From an uncultured bacterium (GTDB taxonomy: Bacteria; Verrucomicrobiota; Kiritimatiellia; RFP12; UBA1067), in the NCBI GenBank assembly GCA_902772905.1, contig CACYCL010000198.1, forward strand, positions 1,177 through 65,176: a DNA stretch of 64,000 bases. The letters are read 5' to 3'. Below, one piece after another: positions 44,785-52,600 of this stretch. The notes under the pieces are model-generated. The model was given only the letters and a program-made list of their open reading frames with translations. It did no database searches and was not told where the DNA came from. Numbering within the stretch: position 1 is the first letter of the stretch; each line of letters begins with the position of its first letter. The position numbers and the translations under genes are program-made.

Positions 44785-46317
44785 TCAGAAAAATAGATCG
44801 CGTTCGCCGCGACACGTCGCCTCATACTGCTTCATGACCGTCGTGTAGAACTTTGGAAGCCACTCCTTTATCCCGGCAAGCTCCTTTTCTATCAAAGCCT
44901 CGCCAATCTTCCTAGTTTCGTCGGACGCAAAATCGTCAAGCCATTCGCGGAACGTGAGAACGGCGTTTATCTTGCAGAACTTGCCCTCGCGACCAGTTTT
45001 CAGTGCGTCCATGATGCAGCCGCCAGTGCGACCACAGCGATAGCCAGCAGTGCAGAAACTCGTGATGATGCCGCGCGTGGCAAGATAGCGAACCATTTCA
45101 TCTATCGACCGCGTGTCGCCAAGCATGAACTGCTGACGCTCTTTCTCCTGGTGCGCCTCGCTGGCGAAATCGCTGTAGCCCTTGATCGCTATGTTCGACG
45201 AGCAGTCGAGCTGTGTCATGCCGTGATTCAGCACCCGGTTTCGGCTTTCTGGGCTTTCGCGGGCAGTGACTATCATTCCAGTATACGGAACCGACAACCT
45301 CGCTATCACGAGTATGCGAGCGAACGTATCGTCGTCAATGAGCCACGGCGACTCCTCTGGTACGCGTGTGCCGCTCGCCGGCTCAAGACGAGGGAACGAA
45401 AGCGTGTGCGGACCAATGTTGAACCAGCGCTCAAGGTCACGCGCGTGCATCACGGTCGCAAGAAGCTCGTACCTCCAGTCGCAGAGGCCGTAGAGCACTC
45501 CAAGCCCAACATCGTCCACACCCGCCTCCATGCAGCGGTGAAAGCACGTCGTTCGCCAGTCGTAGTTGCCCTTCACGCTCCACGCCGGATGCATCTGCTC
45601 GTACAATTTGCGGTTGTACGTCTCTTGAAACACCTGGAAAGTTCCAATGCCCACGGATCGTAGCACCTTGAGATCAGCAATCGGCAACGGCGCGGCGTTC
45701 ACGTTCACGCGGCGAATGCCAACCTTGCAACCAGAGCGCGGCGCAGGGACCTGTCTCGCATAGCACGTCTCGATGGTCTCTGCAATGTACTCGGTAGATG
45801 TAGTCGGATGTTCTCCGTACACGGCGATCAGACGCTTGTGGCCAATGCGCCCTGCGACAACGTCGATTTCCTCCTTTAGCTCGTCCATCGTGAGCACACG
45901 GCGCTTCTGCGCGGAGTTCCCCTCACGGAAGCCGCAGTATCGGCAGCCGTTCACGCAAAGATTCGACATGTAGAGCGGCGCAAACATGACGATGCGGTTG
46001 TCATAGACCTTGCGCTTTATCCTGTCTGCGGCCGCGCGCATTTCCTCGAAGAGCGCGGGATCTGTGACCTGCATCAGAACGGCAGTATCTTCGGGCTGAA
46101 GCGTCTCGCAAGTAGATTCTGACTTGGCAATTATCTCCCGAACGCGTACTGGGTCAGCCGACTTGCCGTCAATCCCTGCAATGATGCTGTTGATACGCGC
46201 ATCATCAACGAAGTGCCGCCCTCTCGGGAGGTACTTGTCAATTTCCGCCTGTACTACAAAGCGGGCGCGGTAATCCGCCGCGTCGCTGAATTTTCTGATA
46301 CTTGTGCAATCCGCCAT
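44785..46317 (-). CDS. Radical SAM enzyme of the HydG/ThiH (aromatic amino acid lyase) family, 510 aa
   Basis: Trimmed to MADCTSIRKF. Radical SAM motif CVNGCRYCGF (CX3CX2C). The HydG-like C-terminus is SFCTAGYRCGRTGGCIMD ... KFCKINAVLTFREWL. Confidence 0.8.
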   Translation of the reverse strand: MADCTSIRKFSDAADYRARFVVQAEIDKYLPRGRHFVDDARINSIIAGIDGKSADPVRVREIIAKSESTCETLQPEDTAVLMQVTDPALFEEMRAAADRIKRKVYDNRIVMFAPLYMSNLCVNGCRYCGFREGNSAQKRRVLTMDELKEEIDVVAGRIGHKRLIAVYGEHPTTSTEYIAETIETCYARQVPAPRSGCKVGIRRVNVNAAPLPIADLKVLRSVGIGTFQVFQETYNRKLYEQMHPAWSVKGNYDWRTTCFHRCMEAGVDDVGLGVLYGLCDWRYELLATVMHARDLERWFNIGPHTLSFPRLEPASGTRVPEESPWLIDDDTFARILVIARLSVPYTGMIVTARESPESRNRVLNHGMTQLDCSSNIAIKGYSDFASEAHQEKERQQFMLGDTRSIDEMVRYLATRGIITSFCTAGYRCGRTGGCIMDALKTGREGKFCKINAVLTFREWLDDFASDETRKIGEALIEKELAGIKEWLPKFYTTVMKQYEATCRGERDLFF

Positions 46318-46347
46318 TGAAAACCATTCCTTGACTACAAGGTGTGT

Positions 46348-46356
46348 ATTATACCA
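46348..46356 (-). promoter_or_regulatory. Extended -10 promoter (TGGTATAAT) for the HydG-like gene
   Basis: The minus strand reads agaaaTGGTATAATacacaccttgtagtcAAGGAatggttttcaATG, giving a 30-nt leader. Confidence 0.5.
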
Positions 46357-46511
46357 TTTCTTGCCCACGCTTGCCGCAGCCATTCATCAGGAAACCGCCT
46401 GACGCTGACTCGCTATATAAATGACCGCGCGCGCGTATATATTGGCGTCGACTTTGCCCTTTGGGCCAAAAAACACGCCAGAATGGCCGAAAAATATTCA
46501 ATGGATTGAAA

Positions 46512-46599
46512 CGCAAAAGTGCAGCCTTGCACTCGCGAAAGTGCAAGGTAGCACTTCGCGCAGTCAATGGTTGCGCTTTCGCGCATCCATTCATTGACT
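46512..46599 (-). terminator. Cluster of three hairpins downstream of the giant gene (probable terminator region)
   Basis: On the minus strand: GTCAATG..TGCGC-GAAA-GCGCA..CATTGAC (46563-46599). Then two related 20-nt units, each a GTGCA/TGCAC-type hairpin, that can also pair with each other (CCTTGCAC / GTGCAAGG). The last is followed by TTTTGCG. Confidence 0.4.
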
Positions 46600-46629
46600 C
46601 GAAAAGCCACATTTTGGGGGTGTCCGCCG

Positions 46630-49600
46630 CTATTCCACCGTCACGTCCCACGGGCCGGCGGCGGGCTTCTTCACGGACGCCTGGCCCACTCCCTTCGGCC
46701 CGTCGCCCTCGTCGATGAAGACGCCGGTCACGTTAACCGTGTACTTCTTCAGCTTCGGCGCCTTGCCGGGCTTCGTGGCGGCCTCGTTCGTGGCGTAGAG
46801 CTTGAACGAGCCCTTGAACATGCCCGTCTTCGGCGCGTATGTGAGCTTCAGGCCCGAGAGGTTCGGCTTCTTGGGGTCGTCGAGGCCCTGGAGCTCGTAC
46901 CACGTCGCGCCGCTGGCCTTGTCCTTGACCTTCTTGTACTTGGGCGACGCCGCCTTGCCGGCGTCCAGTTTCTTGCCGCCGGTGACGGCGAGCGTCAGCT
47001 CGTCCGGGACCAGGTCCTCCAGCAGCTCGTACCCCGCGTCAAGCCGCGGCAGGGCGTCGATGCCGACGGTGAACGACATTGTCCCGTTCGGCAGCTTCTG
47101 CGGAATGTCCGCCTCGGCGACGTAGCTTCCGTCCGCGCCTTCCATTGTGAACGTGCCGTCAGCGGCAAGCGCAAGCGCCATGCCGCCGACGGGGGCCTTG
47201 AACGCGAGCGTGGCGGTTCCGCCTCCGGCGTCGACCGCGACGGCCTTCGCGGACGCCTTCTTGCCGTTCATCAGCGTTGCGGACGCGGATATCTTGACCG
47301 TGCCCTTCTTTTTGTCCATCTTCGCGGCCTTCACCTGCACCGTGCCCAAGATCGCGCCGTCCGCGCCGTGCAGCACCCCCATGGCCGCCTGCGCCTTGGC
47401 GTACGTCACGTCAAATGCTCCGGCGACGACTTTCGTCCACTTGGCGTAGAGCGTCCGCCCGGCGGACACCGTGACGCGCTGCCCGTCGGCGTAGGCCACG
47501 TCGCCGTCCGCGCTGGTCGCCCAGCCGGCGAACGCGTAGCCGGGCCGCGAGAACGAATTGGGGGCCAGCGCCTGCGCGACGCCGTTGGTGTACGCCTGCG
47601 CCGCCATCGCGCCGACGCCGCCGTTCGCGTTGAACGTAATCTGGCAGATGCTGGCGCGCCATTGCGCCGTGTACGTCACGTTGCCGGCAGGAACCGTCGC
47701 CGCAACGGCAGGCCTCCACCCAGTGAACGTGTAGCCCGTGCGCGTCACCGTCGGCGGCGTGATGGACGAGCCGTAGGCCATGGAACGGCGCCAGCCGCCG
47801 ACGCCTCCGTTCGCGTCGAACGTCACCGTGTATCTGTTCGCCGTCCAGCGGGCGTAAAGCGAGACGGTTCCGCCTGCGGCAGCCGTCAGGTTGGACACGA
47901 CCGCGCGATCCGCGTAGACAGCCGCAGCCGTCTCACCAGTCGCCCAGCCCGCGAACGCATGGCCCGTCTTCGTGAACGCGACGCCGTCAAGCGCCTTCGC
48001 CTCGCCGTACTCAAACGTCTGGTTGGGCATCGTCCCCCTGCCGCCGTTGGCGTTGAAACGCACCGTGTAGGCATGTGCTAGCCAGTGCGCGTAGAGTCCG
48101 CCGTCGCCGGACTGGACGAGACTCTGCGCCGTCACGCGCCGCCCCGTGCCGTTCGGCCCGGTGAACCACCCGCCGAACGTGTAGCCCTTCCTCGCCTTCG
48201 GCGGCGCGCCCGGAAGGGCGTCGCCGTACGGTGTGCCAACGATCAGTTCGAGGTTGGTCTCGACGCCGCCCGCCGAGAGGGTCACGTTCGCGATTTCCGC
48301 GACGGTGTTCGTCCAGGAGGGGTTCGTCTCGATCGGGGCGTTCGTGTCGAACACGATGGTCGCGGATGCTTTTATTATACTTCCGGGCACTGCATCCTCC
48401 CTCGCGCGCACACGGTAGCGGACATATCCTTCGCCGCGATGTGTTTCGTCGTTCGGCGGCAGGAAGCCCGCCGCAGGATCGTCAGGATAATTATCCGCCG
48501 TGGCCGGATCGATGATGCGCAAATGCCAATCGACCGCTTCCTCCGAATGCGATATCTCTGTCCTTATGCTGTAGTTGGTGCCGGACACTTCACATGTTGA
48601 TACACCATCATAGCACTCGTCTAGAGTGTGATCAAGCCAGTCTCCGCAGGATACGCCCAGCGACTTGAACGTGTTCCAGTCCAGACCGTCGTCTTTGGGA
48701 AGCGTCACGTACACGTCCAGCGCAGCCGCCGTGGCATTCGTCATGTTCTCGAAGTATATAGTGAAATCCATCCATTCCCCACTTCTCACAAAACGCGCCG
48801 CTCCGATTCCATCAGGGCCTCTTATCTCGTTAGGATCGCGGGATTGATACAACGTGACGGATGCCGCAGCGCAAGCATTGCTGTACGTGGGCTTGAAAGA
48901 ACCGCCGCAGCAAAGCGGATAGACATTGAAATTGCGCGCCTTGGCGAGAAACGCCTCGGTCATTCGCTTGATGTTGCCGACACTGTCCCGCTTCCTTTCC
49001 TGCGCTGCAAGATAACGCTGGTTGGCGTCCGCGATGTCTTTGCCTTTCTCCCACGCCTCGCTGACATTCTTCTGGAAGTCGCCGAGGAAGCCTATGACTT
49101 TAAAGGCGTTGTCCATCTTGTTCATGAACTTGGCGGCTTTGGCCACATTGCCGTGAATACGGACTTTTTTGCACCTTCTTGCGAGTTGGTCTGCGTATTG
49201 CTTCAATATCGCGGCCTTGACAAGGATGTCGGCTATGCTTGTCGCTGTCGAAATGTCGCGAATGGTCGCACCTATGGCATCGGCGGTATTTTTAATCGTC
49301 AGCAATTCGCCTGCGTCCCCTGCCGAATTATCGATCAAAAACTCATCAATGGCCAAACAGAACTCAATTATTGCTTTTTCGACAGCCTTTAATTTCATCT
49401 TATTTATTTTTCCTGAAACTGCCTCGAAGAACAACTTCTTCAATTCTTCAGCCGAAACTTCGCCGAGATATTGAAGTCCCTGCATATACGGAAGCATCAA
49501 TCCTTTGAGACTCGCATTCGCCTGGATTTCCTCCATGCTGACGAGGAATGCAAAGAAGTTCTCCCTTTGCCGCAAGTCTGCACGGTATTTCGCAATGTTA

Positions 49601-52600
49601 TGCGAACAGTTGTATGGTGCCGCCGGCGCTTCAACAGTATAGGCCGTGTACAAGGAATTTGCGTACGCAAGCCATGCGTCGAAATCATTTGACGCCGGTG
49701 TCCCGGTCTGTCGCAAGAGGACTCCCGCCTTGCGCAGATTCCGGACGGGAACAGCCGAAACTTCATACGAGGCGTCCACAGGCGCGATGTCGCATCTAAC
49801 CGTACCCTCCGCTTCGACCTCCACGATTTCATGCTGCGTATAGGTTGCGAAGTTGGTCGTCAACAACTCGACGGAATAATACCCGGCCGGCATGCCTGAT
49901 ACCGAATACCGGCCCGTTTCATCCGGAGATACAAGCCACTCACGCGTCACGCCTACGATCCATACGGGAACACCGGCGTCTTCCGCCGAACGCCCGGCCA
50001 CCGTACCCTCGATGCTTCCTGTCGCAAGCGGCGTTGCATAAAGCGACTCCGGCGCAGCGTCTTCGTCTACCAGCATCGTCATGGCATCTTTCCAGTTGCC
50101 GTCCGCCTGGACATCCACGGCATACATGCCGGCAGGCAGACCGTAAAAGCTCCATTCCGTAGCGGATCGCGGCACTGCGCGGCAAACCTCCATCGTTTCG
50201 TCATCCCTGGCCGTCACAGACACGACATCCGCACCAGGGTCCACCACAATCGTCCCGCACAACTCTCCCATCGTTTGGATATCCAGCTTTGAATCGCCTC
50301 CCGCGATAGCATCCACACTTTCGGTTTCGGCGGGCGCGTCCAGAATCCACGTCCCCGCCGCCGGGACTTCCACCTCGTATCGTCCGCAGGCATCCGTAAA
50401 CGTCTCGACGCGCACCTCTCCGTTCGTGAATGCTAGCGAAGCATTGACGGCGGGCGCGCCGTCAGGCAAATGCCACCATCCATAAACCACGCTGACCTGC
50501 TCGCCTGCGTTCAGCCTCTCAGCCAACTCACGGACAGCCTGGAAACAGGTCGCATCTCCGCCTCTTGTCGAGATGCGCCGGGCCGCCGCGGCCATGTCGC
50601 TCAAGTACATATCTCCATCCGTCCACGCCGGAGGACACGGCTTGTTGTCCCATGACGTCTTCAATGTCAGCCTCGCCGCACCTTGGTACACTACGGCAAA
50701 CTCGACTCGCCGCCTTTCACCCGGCATGATCACGTCGGCGCTTCCTTGCGATCCCGCCCCGAAGAACTGCAACCCGGAATAGCCGGTCGAATCGTCGGGA
50801 TAATACAATCTGGCGCCGGTGTCGGCCGCTATCTGCAACACAGGCGCCGGTACGTCCGCCGTGCCATCGTTCCCGTATTCCACCGCACATACATACCGTT
50901 TCCCGTTTCTCACGCCGGAGGGTGTTTCCAGCCTTGCAAACGGCTTGCCGACGCCCGGAACACTGCCGACTGAAATCGCGGACTCGATCTCCTTTGCCTC
51001 ATCGCCTCGGCGCAATACGACATCGTACGATTCCCCGGCAACAAGCAACGAACAGTCGACGAAAAACACCAGCGTCCGCCCCGACAGGTGCGCATCGACA
51101 GGAAGCGTCTCGTCCCCTTTGCGCAGACTTGCCGTCACGTTGTCGTCAAATCCAGCGCCTTCTATCCGAACAACAGCAACGCCGTCACACGGGATCTCGG
51201 ACGGCGACACGTTCGCAACAACCATCTTTTCCGACAAGATCGAAATCGCGAAATCTCCGGATTCCGTTCCGCCTTCCAATACGATTTCCACCGGCTTCCC
51301 CGTATCGGGAACAGAAAGAAATGCGATTCCACCGACACCAACCGTCGCTGTGGACAACACCCCGGAAGAACCTTCATGCCGTATGGTCACACCAGTCCCG
51401 GCGGGTGCTTCTACACGGAGAATTCCACCGATTCCAGATGTGAATCTGCGGACGACAGACGCCCCCGACGCAAGAGATCCCGTCACAGCCTCCCCGTCAG
51501 ACACGTCTATGACCCCTACGTCGATGTGGCTCTCGGATACCGCCACATTGTTAGCGTAAGACGCCCCCTCGACAATGTCACGATTGCTGTTGATTGCAAC
51601 TCTGACAAAAAACACACCTCCCGCATTTGGAGCGTCAACATCGGCCGAAACCCGGATTTCGCCACCGGAAACGATTCGATCCATCCGTCTTACGATGCGG
51701 CTGGCAACAACCGCATTCGCATCGGAAACAAACTCTATTCTGTCATATCGCTCACCAACAGCATCCGCAGTGCCAAAATTCTTGATTTTCCATGTCACCG
51801 CAACGGGTTCCCCTGCCACGGCGGTTTCTGAAACCGCAACCGACACTGCCGCGAGATCGACATCTGCTACCATGTTGCGCGGCATGACCTCGCAGATGCC
51901 GACATCCGGATATTTGCCGCCGGCGTCAGCAACGCCTGAACCTGTGGAGGAAAGCATGTTCTGCCGCGTCTGACCATAGTAGTCCTTGGCCGGAGCGACC
52001 GAGCCGTCGCCTGCGTCCACGCACGGCGAATTCGCTGCAATGCGGAAGTCCCCGTGCTCGGAATCTATGAAGAGAGGATTGGCGAACACCACCCCGTTCG
52101 GGACCGATATCGCGTCACCATAAGCGACGCAATTTGCCCACGATGCAGAACCGTAAGCATCGCACTTCCACACGATAGAGTTCTTGATTTCTCCAGACGC
52201 CGCTACCGTATTACACTTGGAGATAACGCAGTTCACAAGCTTCACACCACCATCAATGCCAGTCCGGGCATCTTCAAGCACACAGTTTTCTGCTTTTACC
52301 GTTCCACCCGATCTATGGAGGAGTCTGAACAGCGACTGCTCGAGCGTGCTGCCGTAGAGCGCCGTCGTGCCGCCTGTCGTCCGAATAATTGCATCGCCTT
52401 GGTTCGTATATTCGCCATATCCTCCATAGCGAAGCTTCACGTATTCAAATTTGATTGTGCCGCCACTGTTCCTGATTTCCTCCCAATCTCCCGCCTGGGC
52501 ATACGTCTTCTGTCCGTCGCCGTTCGTGTCGCCGCCGTGCGTGTCGTCCTTGATGGACGTGAACACGACAGGAGAAGAACGCGTACCTTGCGCGTTCAAT

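Noticed and set aside
44785-46317. Calling the radical SAM gene a definite [FeFe]-hydrogenase maturase (hydG).
   Set aside because: The family resemblance is clear. However, hydE, hydF and hydA are not in the window and the auxiliary-cluster Cys motif deviates from the canonical form. The specific function is therefore left open.
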